64,000 nucleotides of DNA from an uncultured Nitrospiraceae bacterium. Lineage in GTDB: Bacteria; Nitrospirota; Nitrospiria; Nitrospirales; Nitrospiraceae. This document shows positions 19,632 to 29,448 of this stretch, piece after piece (within the stretch, counting starts at the first letter, position 1; the number at the start of each line of letters is the position of its first letter). Location: positions 192,001-256,000 of the forward strand of contig CAVSTP010000002.1 in the NCBI GenBank assembly GCA_963730935.1, given 5' to 3'. The position numbers and the translations under genes were made by a program. Below the pieces are notes generated by a model. That model made no database searches, was not told the origin of the DNA, and worked only from the letters and a program-made list of their open reading frames with translations.

Positions 19632-21115
19632 CGTCGTACGGAACGGACCTCATCATCATTCTTCCTGAACTGGTCGTCGTCGCCGCGGCTTGCCTGGTTC
19701 TGATTCTGGATCCTGTGACGCCCCGGTCGAGGAAAGAGCTACTGGCTTGGATCAGTCTTGGGAGTTTGGCGCTTTGCGTCGGCCTCACGGGCGGGCAAAT
19801 CGGCGTCCAGAATGTGTCTCTGTCGGCCTTCAACGACCTGGTCGTCGTCGACGGATATGCGCGCTTTTGGAAACTCCTGCTGTACGGAGCCACCGGATTG
19901 ACTATTCTGATGTCGCTCCCCTACCTGAAAATCGAAGGACTTCATCTGGGCGAATATTATGCCTTCATCCTCCTCGCCCTGTCGGGCATGATGGTCATGG
20001 TCTCAGGAGCGGATCTGCTGACGATCTATCTCGGTACAGAGCTCATGTCGCTTTCACTCTACGTCATGGCGGGCCTGAAACGCTCGTCGCCGCGCTCACT
20101 CGAGGCGTCGGCCAAATATTTTGTGCTCGGCGCCTTTTCTTCCGGCCTGCTTCTCTATGGCATCTCTCTCCTTTATGGACTGTGCGGCGGCACCAGACTG
20201 AGCACGATCGCAAGCGCGCTGGGCGCAAGAGGATTCGACGATCCCATGCTCCTGATCGCCACCATCCTGTTGACGGTCGGGTTCGGGTTCAAACTCGCGG
20301 TCGTCCCCTTTCACATGTGGACGCCCGATGTGTATCAAGGCGCGCCGACAGCGGTGACCGCCTTCATGGCCGTCGCCTCGAAGGCCGCCAGTTTCGCCGC
20401 CTTTCTGCGTGTCTTCGTCGAGGGACTCGGCGGATTGAAGGCCGACTGGTCCGTGCTGTTTGTGCTGCTGTCCGTCGTCACATTGGTGCTCGGCAATGTC
20501 GTCGCCATCGTGCAGACCAACATCAAACGCATGTTGGCCTACTCGAGCATTGCACATGCCGGCTACGCGTTGATCGGCCTCGCCGCCGCCGGGCGAAGCG
20601 CCGGTGAATCGGGCGGTACCCCCGGCATCGCCAGCGTCATGCTCTACCTGACGTTTTATGCATTCATGACACTTGGAGCCTTCGCGGTGATTGCTATGTT
20701 TCGCAAGGGCGGGCTCGAAGGGGACGAGATCGAAGACTTTACCGGCCTCGCCAAACGCCAACCGGTGGCTGCCCTGATCATGCTGGTGTTCATGGTCTCG
20801 CTGACCGGCATCCCGCCGACCGCGGGGTTCATCGGCAAGTTCTACGTGTTTATGGCCGCCGTTGAAGCAGGCCTGAGCTGGCTCGCAGCCCTTGGGCTGA
20901 TTTTTTCGGCGGTATCTGCCTACTACTACATGCGCGTCGTCATGGTGATGTACATGCGGGACCCCGAGGTGACCGCCGCCGAGACCTCGCATCTCGTGCC
21001 TTCGCCGGCGCTGTCGATTGTGTTGGCCTGTGCCGTCGCCGGCGTAATCATCTTCGGTTTGTTTCCCAATCCTGTCGTCAACCTCGCGCTTCAGTCTGTC
21101 CTTCTGCTCAAGTAA
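19628..21115 (+). CDS. nuoN: NADH-quinone oxidoreductase subunit N
   Basis: EASAKYF, FKLAVVPFHMWTPDVYQGAP, KRMLAYSSIAHAG. ATGA overlap with nuoM. Confidence 0.97.
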   Translation: MTSYGTDLIIILPELVVVAAACLVLILDPVTPRSRKELLAWISLGSLALCVGLTGGQIGVQNVSLSAFNDLVVVDGYARFWKLLLYGATGLTILMSLPYLKIEGLHLGEYYAFILLALSGMMVMVSGADLLTIYLGTELMSLSLYVMAGLKRSSPRSLEASAKYFVLGAFSSGLLLYGISLLYGLCGGTRLSTIASALGARGFDDPMLLIATILLTVGFGFKLAVVPFHMWTPDVYQGAPTAVTAFMAVASKAASFAAFLRVFVEGLGGLKADWSVLFVLLSVVTLVLGNVVAIVQTNIKRMLAYSSIAHAGYALIGLAAAGRSAGESGGTPGIASVMLYLTFYAFMTLGAFAVIAMFRKGGLEGDEIEDFTGLAKRQPVAALIMLVFMVSLTGIPPTAGFIGKFYVFMAAVEAGLSWLAALGLIFSAVSAYYYMRVVMVMYMRDPEVTAAETSHLVPSPALSIVLACAVAGVIIFGLFPNPVVNLALQSVLLLK

Positions 21116-21176
21116 AACGCCACCACTTCTTTTTTCAGTCGTGCATGACCGTGAGACTCGTGCTAGGCTAGGCGAG

Positions 21177-21301
21177 TAGGCTGTTGAAAAAGCCCGCCAG
21201 CTTCGTTCTTGCGTCGCTCAGAGGCTCAACGTACGGTACAGAGTACGCATTTGCCTCTTCGCTCGCAGCGGCCTTGCTGGACGACCTTTTTGATCAGCCT
21301 A
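21177..21301. mobile_element. MITE-like palindromic repeat (~125 bp)
   Basis: Terminal inverted repeats TAGGCTGTTGAAAAAG / CTTTTTGATCAGCCTA (14/16), TA at both ends, no transposase. Internal sequence is shared with the element at 44749-45067. Confidence 0.8.
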
Positions 21302-21309
21302 CGCCAAAT

Positions 21310-22203
21310 ATGCCGATGCTCATGTCCTTCTGGCGGCTGCTGTCCGATCTGACGAAATCCTTCCTCCGTCACGGGTGTGGCAGCCTGGCAGCCTCGCTAG
21401 CCTTTTTCTCGCTTCTCTCGCTCTTTCCTCTCGGCTTCATGGTGCTGTACGGCGTGAGCTTTATCGTCAGTCATGAGGTGATCGGCGGTCAGGTGCTGTT
21501 GAGCTTTCTCATAGGGTTTCTGCCCACTCTTGGAGAACGCCTGGCGGAGGAATTCCAGCGCATCGGCGAACTGGACACGGTTCGCTGGCTCGTGTTCCTG
21601 TCCTTCGCCTGGTTCGGGACGCTGGTGTTCTATGAGGTGGATTATGCGCTCAACGTCGTGTTCGACAGCACATGGAAACGCCACCCCTTGATCTCCACCG
21701 CCATCGCGGTCGCCTCACAGGGGGTGGTAGGAATACTATTGATCCTGTCCTATGTCGCGACCGAGACCGTGAATTTGCTGACTGCCTATGCGCCGCAGCT
21801 TTGGGGGCTCGATCTGATCGCTCTCGCCGCGCACGATGTATTTTTGACGTACACTCTTCCTTTTATCATGGCCTTTCTTACCGTCGGTGCGCTGTACCGC
21901 TATGTCCCTCGGCGGCGGCCGCAATGGCGGGAGGCCATGATCGGTTCGTTAACATTCAGTCTGCTCTGGGTCGCGGCGAAACTCATTTTCGTCACGTACA
22001 ACGAATACGCCACCGTCTATACGAAACTGTACGGCTCCCTGCTTGAAGTCATCCTCTTGCTGCTCTGGATCTATTACTCCGCGCTGCTGTTTCTCTTGGG
22101 CGCAGTCCTCGCCCATGCGCTCCAGCAACGGACTCAAGCCGCGGCAGTCGCGGGCTTCGTTCAGCCCGACACCGCTTCGCCCCCAGCCTCCGTCAGTCGC
22201 TGA
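21310..22203 (+). CDS. YihY/virulence factor BrkB family membrane protein
   Basis: AASLAFFSLLSLFP, ALNVVF, LYRYVP, LYGSL and LLWIYYSA; about six TM helices. The ORF-track N-terminal extension comes from the MITE. Confidence 0.88.
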   Translation: MPMLMSFWRLLSDLTKSFLRHGCGSLAASLAFFSLLSLFPLGFMVLYGVSFIVSHEVIGGQVLLSFLIGFLPTLGERLAEEFQRIGELDTVRWLVFLSFAWFGTLVFYEVDYALNVVFDSTWKRHPLISTAIAVASQGVVGILLILSYVATETVNLLTAYAPQLWGLDLIALAAHDVFLTYTLPFIMAFLTVGALYRYVPRRRPQWREAMIGSLTFSLLWVAAKLIFVTYNEYATVYTKLYGSLLEVILLLLWIYYSALLFLLGAVLAHALQQRTQAAAVAGFVQPDTASPPASVSR

Positions 22204-22287
22204 TCGGCACCCTGTCGGCTTCTAGGCTTTTTCTGGCCCAGACTCCTCTTCATCGCTAGAATACATCCCGACACGGAGGGGACAGGC

Positions 22288-23643
22288 ATGCCCGAAGACA
22301 TCGGAAAAGAACTCCTGATGCTTGGCGGAACACTGGCCGGCTTCATCGCCGCTTTGCTGACGGTCATGGAAAAGCTGATAGACATTCAGCACCGGTTGGG
22401 CTCCCGCAAGGATCGGAAGACTTCGGTCCAACAGGAACGGCAGCCGCAGGACAGCGGGCCAAGCGTGGATTTCTTTTCCACCAAGCCCTTCCGCGGCACC
22501 TCGTATCTCTTGATGTACGAAACCGGCGTCATCGTCTCTGCCGGCCTCTTGCTCAATTATGTCGGTCTCACCTTGAGCCGGCACCTGGAAAGCATCCTCT
22601 ATCTCGACATGACCGGCACGGCGCTCGTGGCCTTTCTGCTCGGCCCGTGGTGGGGAGCAATCGTGGCCTTGCTCTCCAATTCGGTCGTCAACTGGCTCCT
22701 CTTCCCGCAATCGGGAGCGGACGTGATGATTTTCCCGTGGTCGCTCGTCGGCATGACCGGTGCCGTCTATTGGGGATGGATGGCCAGACAGGGCGGATTT
22801 CAAAAGTACTTGCGGACGGGCAAGAGTTCCGCGCTGTCGCATGCCTGGTTTCTGTACATCTTCGGCGTGGTCGGCGCCGCCGCCATGAGCATTCCCGGAA
22901 CGTTCATCCAAGCGGCGTTGAACCAACATTCGACTTTTGCCTTGAACCCGGATGTCGCCGAATCGCTGCATGCCAGGGTGCTCCAATGGGAACAGATGGT
23001 CCATCAGTATCTCGAATCCTTGTTTGGATTGACCTGGGGAGAACATGTCGGCTGGTGGGTCGTCAACTGGTTTCAAACCTGGGTCCGCTACGTGCCGGAC
23101 AAGACGATGAGTGCGGCCATCGCCCTGGTCGTACTCAAGTACGGGTATCCGCTGTTTGAACGGGAGTTGATTCACGGCGGTCCCGACGGAGAACGGCCTC
23201 AGGATGAGCGCGTGCTTCCCTTGGTGCTGGGACTACTCTATGCGCCCTCCTTCGCCACGCTCGTAAGCAGCGACATCTACGGAGAGGCCGCCTATTGGCC
23301 CTTGTGGGCGATGCCGTGGGTAATTATTCTGACGGGCTATTTTTACCTGCGGTATTGGGGCGCCAGCACGTCACTGCTCAACGATGCGCGGCTTCAGCGT
23401 GCCGAACGTTATGCACGCGCCCTCAAACCGATTGGGAAGGAAGCATCCTATGAATTCTGCCGGCGATTAACGTTCATGACACTCATCGCCAGTCTCCTAT
23501 TCGCTCTGTGTCTGCCTATCATTCTCATGGACTTTTACCGGGTCACGTTCAAGTTCTTCTGCGTCGTGTACGGATTTCTGCTCGTCGTGCATCTCGTGCG
23601 CATCGCCATCGCGCAAAACATCAGCGCCGCCCGCGCAGACTGA
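22288..23643 (+). CDS. Polytopic membrane protein with an ECF S-component-like central domain
   Basis: LYLDMTGTALVAFLLGPWWG and VPDKTMS resemble ECF transporter S components; extra TM helices on both sides; GGAGG RBS. Confidence 0.6.
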   Translation: MPEDIGKELLMLGGTLAGFIAALLTVMEKLIDIQHRLGSRKDRKTSVQQERQPQDSGPSVDFFSTKPFRGTSYLLMYETGVIVSAGLLLNYVGLTLSRHLESILYLDMTGTALVAFLLGPWWGAIVALLSNSVVNWLLFPQSGADVMIFPWSLVGMTGAVYWGWMARQGGFQKYLRTGKSSALSHAWFLYIFGVVGAAAMSIPGTFIQAALNQHSTFALNPDVAESLHARVLQWEQMVHQYLESLFGLTWGEHVGWWVVNWFQTWVRYVPDKTMSAAIALVVLKYGYPLFERELIHGGPDGERPQDERVLPLVLGLLYAPSFATLVSSDIYGEAAYWPLWAMPWVIILTGYFYLRYWGASTSLLNDARLQRAERYARALKPIGKEASYEFCRRLTFMTLIASLLFALCLPIILMDFYRVTFKFFCVVYGFLLVVHLVRIAIAQNISAARAD

Positions 23644-23682
23644 GCGGATCTAGCCTCTTTGAAGCCCAGATCGGCCGCAGAT

Positions 23683-24834
23683 TCACGCCTTGTGTAATTG
23701 GAGAAATTGCGCGACGGCGGATCGGGTGACGAGCCCGACGGGATGCTCGGCATCGATCACCACCAGTCGGTCGTAGCCGGTCCGCACCATGCGTTCCAGC
23801 GCCTGCATCATCGACGCCTCCGGGGAAATGAACAAGTCGGACGACGCGGGCCGCATCACATCCCCCACCGTGCGCCAGGACCATAAGCCCTGGGAAACAG
23901 CTTGCACGTCCTCCACGGCAATGACGCCGATCACCTGTCCGTCCTCCACCACGGGAAACCCGCCGTAGCCGTACGTCACAAAGAACTCATCGACGGCGCT
24001 CTGAAGGCTCAACTGCGGAGACATCGTGACGATGGCGCGCACCATGACGTCGCGCACCGAGGTGCCGGACAGCGCAATGCGAAGAGTCACTTGCTTTCTG
24101 GTGCTCCACGCGGCGCCGAAGAGAAAGGCGCCGATGAACATGAGCCAGCCTCCGTTGCTCGCAGTCGACGGATCGAACAGGCCGCCGATGGCGCCTCCCA
24201 ACAACACAGCGCCACATGCCGCGAGCAACACGCCGAATCCCAAGCCGACCAACGCCGCGCGGCTCGTCGCCCGCTGAAAATCGTGTCCCCATGCCCAGAG
24301 CCCAGCACGGAGCGCCCGGCCTCCGTCGAGAGGAAAGCCCGGAATCAGGTTGAATAGGCCTAGCTGGACATTCACCAATCCCAGGAGTCCGCCAAGTACG
24401 GCAAATCCCTGTCCGGACGGCGCAGGCCACCACTCGGAAGCGGCGACGAGGCCCAGCGAGAACGCCCCGAGCGCGAAGCTCACCACAGGTCCGGCAATCG
24501 CAATCAAGAATTCTGCTTTGGGGCTTGGCGGCTCCGCCCGCATTTGCGCGACGCCGCCGAACAAGAACAACGTGATCTGGCCGATGGGGATCCGGTAGCG
24601 CTGGGCGACGTAGGAATGGCCGAGTTCGTGGAGGAGCACCGAGACAAACAACAGCACGGCCGCAACGGCGCCCATGCCCCAGTAGCGGAAGTTCGACAGG
24701 CCAGGCAAGGCATCGGGAAGGTATCCAGTTGCCAGCGACCACGTAACGAAGAGAAAGACGAGGAACCAGGACGGATGCACGCGGATCGGAATCCCCAGCG
24801 CACGCCCGATTTCCCAAGCCGGTGCATTCAGCAT
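23683..24834 (-). CDS. Site-2 protease (peptidase M50) with C-terminal CBS pair
   Basis: HELGH zinc motif, FNLIPGFPLDGG, two CBS domains (VRDVM, VGDVM). Start taken at ATG 24834. Confidence 0.93.
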   Translation of the reverse strand: MLNAPAWEIGRALGIPIRVHPSWFLVFLFVTWSLATGYLPDALPGLSNFRYWGMGAVAAVLLFVSVLLHELGHSYVAQRYRIPIGQITLFLFGGVAQMRAEPPSPKAEFLIAIAGPVVSFALGAFSLGLVAASEWWPAPSGQGFAVLGGLLGLVNVQLGLFNLIPGFPLDGGRALRAGLWAWGHDFQRATSRAALVGLGFGVLLAACGAVLLGGAIGGLFDPSTASNGGWLMFIGAFLFGAAWSTRKQVTLRIALSGTSVRDVMVRAIVTMSPQLSLQSAVDEFFVTYGYGGFPVVEDGQVIGVIAVEDVQAVSQGLWSWRTVGDVMRPASSDLFISPEASMMQALERMVRTGYDRLVVIDAEHPVGLVTRSAVAQFLQLHKA

Positions 24835-24935
24835 GCGTTCACAGTAGCAACGCTCTGAGCCGACCGTCAACCGCGCGCTAACTCGAGGACATTTTGCAGA
24901 TTTTGCCGCCACGGTCTTCGGGTATACTAGAGAGC

Positions 24936-25637
24936 ATGCTCCGCAGGTGTCTCTGGATCCTAGCTGCATCGGCCGTCCTGGTTTCTCTTATATCGCACGA
25001 CAGCCTGGCGCAGGTCGTGAAGGCGGGACCTCCCGCCTGCCCCACGATCGCGCTGACGTTTGACCTCTGTCCCGTCCGGAAGGGAGCAGGCTATGACCAG
25101 GCGCTGGTCGACTATCTCATCGAGCACAAGATCCCTGCGACCTTCTTCATGTCCGGCCAATGGATCGCCAAGCATGACGCTGAGGTCGAGCAGCTGCTGG
25201 GAATCGGCTTTTTCGAGGTGGGGACCCACGGCGAGGTGCATGCGCATCTTCCCATGCAGAATGCGGACGAACAACGGAACGAAATTCTCGGTCCGGTCAA
25301 GCTGCTGAGCGAGCACTATGCCCATGAGGCCGTCCTGTTTCGTCCTCCGTTCGGCGAATATAATGACGTGACGGTCGACGTCGTCCGGACGTTGGGCCTT
25401 CGGTTCATCCAATGGAATATCGAATCCGGCGATCCCGATCCTATGCTTTCGACCGAACAGATCGTGGCTCGCATCGACAAACGCGCCAAAGGGGGCAGCA
25501 TTGTCGTGCTCCATGCCAACGGGAAGGGTAAGCACACCCGGCAAGTCATCCAGCGCCTGACATCGGAGGTATTGCCGCGCAAAGGACTCACACCGACCAC
25601 CGTGAGCGACCTCCTGTCATGCAAGCCCAGCCGATGA
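24936..25637 (+). CDS. Polysaccharide deacetylase (NodB/CE4) family protein, secreted
   Basis: Signal peptide; IALTFD, ATFF, HGEVH, FRPPFG, IVVLH. Confidence 0.85.
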   Translation: MLRRCLWILAASAVLVSLISHDSLAQVVKAGPPACPTIALTFDLCPVRKGAGYDQALVDYLIEHKIPATFFMSGQWIAKHDAEVEQLLGIGFFEVGTHGEVHAHLPMQNADEQRNEILGPVKLLSEHYAHEAVLFRPPFGEYNDVTVDVVRTLGLRFIQWNIESGDPDPMLSTEQIVARIDKRAKGGSIVVLHANGKGKHTRQVIQRLTSEVLPRKGLTPTTVSDLLSCKPSR

Positions 25638-26101
25638 ACGGGCAGTCGATCAGACCGATGCGGCCTGAGGACCGCGAGACCGTCATCCGGTTACTGGCGG
25701 ATTCCGATCCCTGGAAAACGCTCGGATATAACGACAAGGATTGGGGCCGGATCTTTTGTCCCATTCCCCAAGGCCGTGAAAGCTTCGTCGCCGAAGCCGA
25801 TGGGCAGGTCACGGGCATTGCGATCGTCCGGCAGAAATTCTTGCTCGGCGATTATTTGGAACTCCTCGGTGTAGCCGGCTCGGCCAGACATCAGGGAACG
25901 GGCAAGCAGCTGCTCGCCCACGTGGAAGCGTTAGTGTTTGCGCGAACCAAAAACCTGTTCGCCTGTGTGTCAGACTTCAACACGGGCGCGCGCGACTTCT
26001 ATCGGAAGCAGGGCTTTCAGGAAATCGGCCCAATGCCCAACTTTCTGATTCCCGGTAGTGCTGAAATCCTTCTACGAAAAACGGCGGGGCCGGCTCGGTA
26101 G
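25634..26101 (+). CDS. GNAT family N-acetyltransferase
   Basis: Acetyl-CoA motif (VAGSARHQGTGKQLL) and NTGARDFYRKQGF; ATGA overlap with the upstream gene. Confidence 0.88.
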   Translation: MNGQSIRPMRPEDRETVIRLLADSDPWKTLGYNDKDWGRIFCPIPQGRESFVAEADGQVTGIAIVRQKFLLGDYLELLGVAGSARHQGTGKQLLAHVEALVFARTKNLFACVSDFNTGARDFYRKQGFQEIGPMPNFLIPGSAEILLRKTAGPAR

Positions 26102-26136
26102 CCGAGGAAAACGATCCGGCGGCTCATACGGGACAC

Positions 26137-26535
26137 ATGAAAGTTCAGAAACTGCTTCATACGCGGATGCGGGTCAGCGACATGGATCAGACGATCGCCT
26201 TCTATACGAAGGTGCTGGGTCTGGAGGTGTTGGAACGCAAGGTGTCTCCCCGCGGGTCGCATCTGGCATTCTTGCGCGTGCCGAACAGCGAGGAGTTGAT
26301 TGAACTCTGCAGTTTCCCTCCCAGCGGCCCCGTCAAGGTGCAGGAAGATCTCGTGCATCTCGCCTTCCAGGTGGAAAACCTGGACGCGACAATCGCCGCT
26401 CTGCAGCAGCAAGGCATTCGCATCACGGATGGTCCAACCACAACCTCGTCAGGCAGCCGGTTCATCTTCATCGATGCGCCCGATGGCTATGAAGTAGAAC
26501 TGATTGAGCGGCCAGCCGGTGAGCGCACGGCGTAG
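26137..26535 (+). CDS. VOC family protein (lactoylglutathione lyase-like)
   Basis: LLHTRMRV, FYTKVLG, IEL, HLAF, FIDAPDGYEVELI. Confidence 0.88.
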   Translation: MKVQKLLHTRMRVSDMDQTIAFYTKVLGLEVLERKVSPRGSHLAFLRVPNSEELIELCSFPPSGPVKVQEDLVHLAFQVENLDATIAALQQQGIRITDGPTTTSSGSRFIFIDAPDGYEVELIERPAGERTA

Positions 26536-26626
26536 ACGTCGTCTCCTCTCTTGACCTATTGACCGGTGAGCCACAGCCAAGTACCCTTTTCTCCCCGATC
26601 ACGCGGATGCAACCAGGAGCGAAGCG

Positions 26627-27496
26627 ATGAAAAACGGATTTTTCCGGGGACACGGCTTGGGCAACGACTATCTCGTCGTGGACCCCAAGGATTTAAGCTT
26701 CACGCTCACGCCAGCCGCGATCGAAGCGATTTGCGACCGTCACTGGGGGCTGGGCAGCGACGGTATCTTGGCCGCCGTGCCTTCGAGGAAAGCGGATTTC
26801 GGCCTCCGCATCTTCAATCCCGACGGCAGCGAAGCGGAAAAATCGGGCAATGGTCTCAGAATTTTTGCCCGCTACCTCCATGCGACAGGAAGAACCAGGA
26901 AGCGGCATTTTACGGTAGAGACAAAAGGCGGGCTCGTGACGATTGATCTGCATCTCGATCGGCGGGGCGACGCCGATGCCGTCACGGTGGGAATGGGACG
27001 GGCGACGTTTGCACCGTCCGCCCTGCCCTGCACGCTCCCGGTGGAGGAATTGATCGAGCAATCGATCGAAGCGGCAGGGCGTTCCTTCACGTTCACCGGT
27101 GTCAGCGTGGGGAATCCCCACTGTGTCCTGTTCAAGGAGACCGGAGCGTCCTGGACACGGGAAGATCTGCTGGCCCTGGGGCCGGCGCTCGAGCATCACA
27201 CGATCTTTCCCAAGCGGACCAATGTGCAACTGGCGGTGCCGACCGGCGCCAAAGAACTGACGATTCTGATCTGGGAGCGCGGCGCCGGAGAGACGCAAGC
27301 CTCCGGATCCTCGTCCTGTGCCGCCGCCAGCGCGGCCGTCCGTCTCGGCCTGGTGAAGAGCCCCGTGGCCGTCAAGATGCCGGGAGGCACGCTCACGATC
27401 GAGGTCTCGCCTGATTTCAGCCTCACGATGAAAGGGCCGGTGGCTGAAGTGGCACGAGGCAATCTGAGCCCTGCCTTCGTGCGCTCCCTCAAATAG
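26627..27496 (+). CDS. dapF: Diaminopimelate epimerase family protein (Ser/Ser active-site variant)
   Basis: HGLGND, DRHWGLGSDG, NPDGSEAEKSGNG, VGNPHCV, WERGAGETQASGS. Confidence 0.88.
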   Translation: MKNGFFRGHGLGNDYLVVDPKDLSFTLTPAAIEAICDRHWGLGSDGILAAVPSRKADFGLRIFNPDGSEAEKSGNGLRIFARYLHATGRTRKRHFTVETKGGLVTIDLHLDRRGDADAVTVGMGRATFAPSALPCTLPVEELIEQSIEAAGRSFTFTGVSVGNPHCVLFKETGASWTREDLLALGPALEHHTIFPKRTNVQLAVPTGAKELTILIWERGAGETQASGSSSCAAASAAVRLGLVKSPVAVKMPGGTLTIEVSPDFSLTMKGPVAEVARGNLSPAFVRSLK

Positions 27497-27541
27497 ATCC
27501 CTCACCTTGCCCGCCGCCGAGCCCGCCTCGTAGAATGAGGC

Positions 27542-29350
27542 ATGGCGACAGCAAGTCCGGCGCTCGACTCAAAACTTGCTCACCTTCCAGATCAGCCCGG
27601 TGTGTACCTCTTCAAGGATCGGTCCGGTGACGTGCTGTACATCGGCAAGGCCGCCCGGCTCGCCGACCGCGTGCGATCCTACTTCCTCAAGGGCGCCGAC
27701 CATACTCCCAAAACCGCCTTGCTCGTCAATCACATCGCGGACCTCGAAACGATGGTCACGCGGTCTGAATTGGAAGCCCTGATTCTCGAGAGCAACCTTG
27801 TCAAACGACACCGCCCGCGCTTCAACGTCGTGCTCAGAGACGACAAGCAGTATCCGTATCTTCGCCTGCCGGTCAAAGACCGCTTTCCCCGGCTCTCCAT
27901 CGTGCGCCGGGTCCAGAAGGACGGCGCCCTGTATTATGGCCCCTATACGCCAGCCGGCGCCCTCAGGGAAACGCTCAAAGTCATCAAAAAGGTGTTTCCA
28001 CTAGCTACATGCACGATCGACATCGACGGAACGGCTGAACGCGCGTGCATCGAGTTTGAAATCAAGCGCTGCATGGCCCCCTGCACGGGACAGCAAACGC
28101 AGGAGGATTACCACCGCATCGTCCGGCAGGTGCGACAGTTTCTCGAAGGGCACGACAGGGAGCTCGTGGACGACCTCCGCTCGCAGATGGATGCCGCCGC
28201 GGCCCGCGAAGACTTCGAAGAAGCGGCCAGGTTGAGAGACCGGATTTTCAAGATTGAACGCACGCTCGAACGGCAGCGGATTACGCAAACGGCCTCCATC
28301 GATCAGGATGTCATCGGCATCGCCCGCCACGGAACCTCCGTCGATCTACAAGTGTTATTCGTGCGCGGCGGCTTGCTCATCGGCCGCAAGGATTTTTTCT
28401 GGCTCGAATCCGCCGATGCCACAGACGAAGAACTGGTCCGATCGGCCGTCGAACAATTTTACAACAAAGAGGGGCAGCCTCCCCGCGAGCTTCTGATTCC
28501 GGTCGACATCCCAGATGCCGACCTCCTGGCGCGCTGGCTGTCCGATAAACGAGGCGAAACCGTGCGCGTATTGGCGCCGGAACGCGGCACCAAACATCAA
28601 CTCGTCCTCCTCGCGGAGGAAAATGCCGCTGCAGCGCTGGCCGATCATTTGCGCAATGAGGAGTTGGATCGGCAAGCTGGCGAGGAACTGCAACGCGTAT
28701 TGCGTTTGAAGACGGCGCCCAAGCGCATCGAAGGCTTCGATATTTCCAACACGATGGGCAATCAGTCGGTGGCGTCCATGGTCGTCTGGGAAGAGGGACG
28801 CATGAAAAAATCCGACTACCGCCGCTTCAAGATTGCAAAAGTGGAAGGCGCCAACGACTTTGCCAGCATGCACGAGGTGGTGACGAGGCGGTACGGCGGG
28901 ATGGAAGACCTCGCCCTCCCGGATCTGGTCTTGATCGACGGCGGACTCGGCCAACTGGCTTTCGCCAGGGCCGCGCTTCAGGAAGTGGGGCGGCCCGAGC
29001 TCGCGGTCGTCGGCCTCGCCAAAGCAAAGGGAGAGAAAGACGAGCGGGTCTATCTGCCCGGCAGGAAGAATCCGATCGTGTTGCGCGCGAACTCGCCGGC
29101 GACCCACCTGCTGCAGCGGGTCCGTGACGAGGCCCACCGGTTTGCCGTCACGTTCCATCGGAAACTGCGCGGCAAAACGCTGGTCACGTCCCAGCTGGAC
29201 CAGATCATCGGCATCGGCTCGATCACCCGCACCAAACTGTTGAAACAATTCGGCAGCCTTGCGAACCTTGCTGAAGCCAGTGAGGAGGCCTTGAGGGAAG
29301 CCGGCTTAAGCGAGCGTGTCGTTCGCCAGCTCCGCCGCGAATTGGCTTGA
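27542..29350 (+). CDS. uvrC: Excinuclease ABC subunit C
   Basis: GIY-YIG domain (PGVYLF, LYIGKA), UVR domain, RIEGFDIS, LIDGGLGQ, RDEAHRFA, HhH. Confidence 0.98.
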   Translation: MATASPALDSKLAHLPDQPGVYLFKDRSGDVLYIGKAARLADRVRSYFLKGADHTPKTALLVNHIADLETMVTRSELEALILESNLVKRHRPRFNVVLRDDKQYPYLRLPVKDRFPRLSIVRRVQKDGALYYGPYTPAGALRETLKVIKKVFPLATCTIDIDGTAERACIEFEIKRCMAPCTGQQTQEDYHRIVRQVRQFLEGHDRELVDDLRSQMDAAAAREDFEEAARLRDRIFKIERTLERQRITQTASIDQDVIGIARHGTSVDLQVLFVRGGLLIGRKDFFWLESADATDEELVRSAVEQFYNKEGQPPRELLIPVDIPDADLLARWLSDKRGETVRVLAPERGTKHQLVLLAEENAAAALADHLRNEELDRQAGEELQRVLRLKTAPKRIEGFDISNTMGNQSVASMVVWEEGRMKKSDYRRFKIAKVEGANDFASMHEVVTRRYGGMEDLALPDLVLIDGGLGQLAFARAALQEVGRPELAVVGLAKAKGEKDERVYLPGRKNPIVLRANSPATHLLQRVRDEAHRFAVTFHRKLRGKTLVTSQLDQIIGIGSITRTKLLKQFGSLANLAEASEEALREAGLSERVVRQLRRELA

Positions 29351-29448
29351 CCGAGGGCCTGCCACAGTCACCGAAACGGCACTGGAATTTCTCACGGCAA
29401 CGGCCCTATGCTACGGCAGTACGGGACCGACCCCAAAGAAGGTGACCG

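Noticed and set aside
16183..21115. Possible 2M-type complex I (duplicated nuoM) known from Nitrospira
   Set aside because: Only one nuoM lies between nuoL and nuoN, and nuoEFG are present, so this is the canonical type.
21184..21309. N-terminal 42 aa of the ORF-track YihY protein
   Set aside because: It is encoded entirely by the MITE-like repeat and is probably not part of the native protein.
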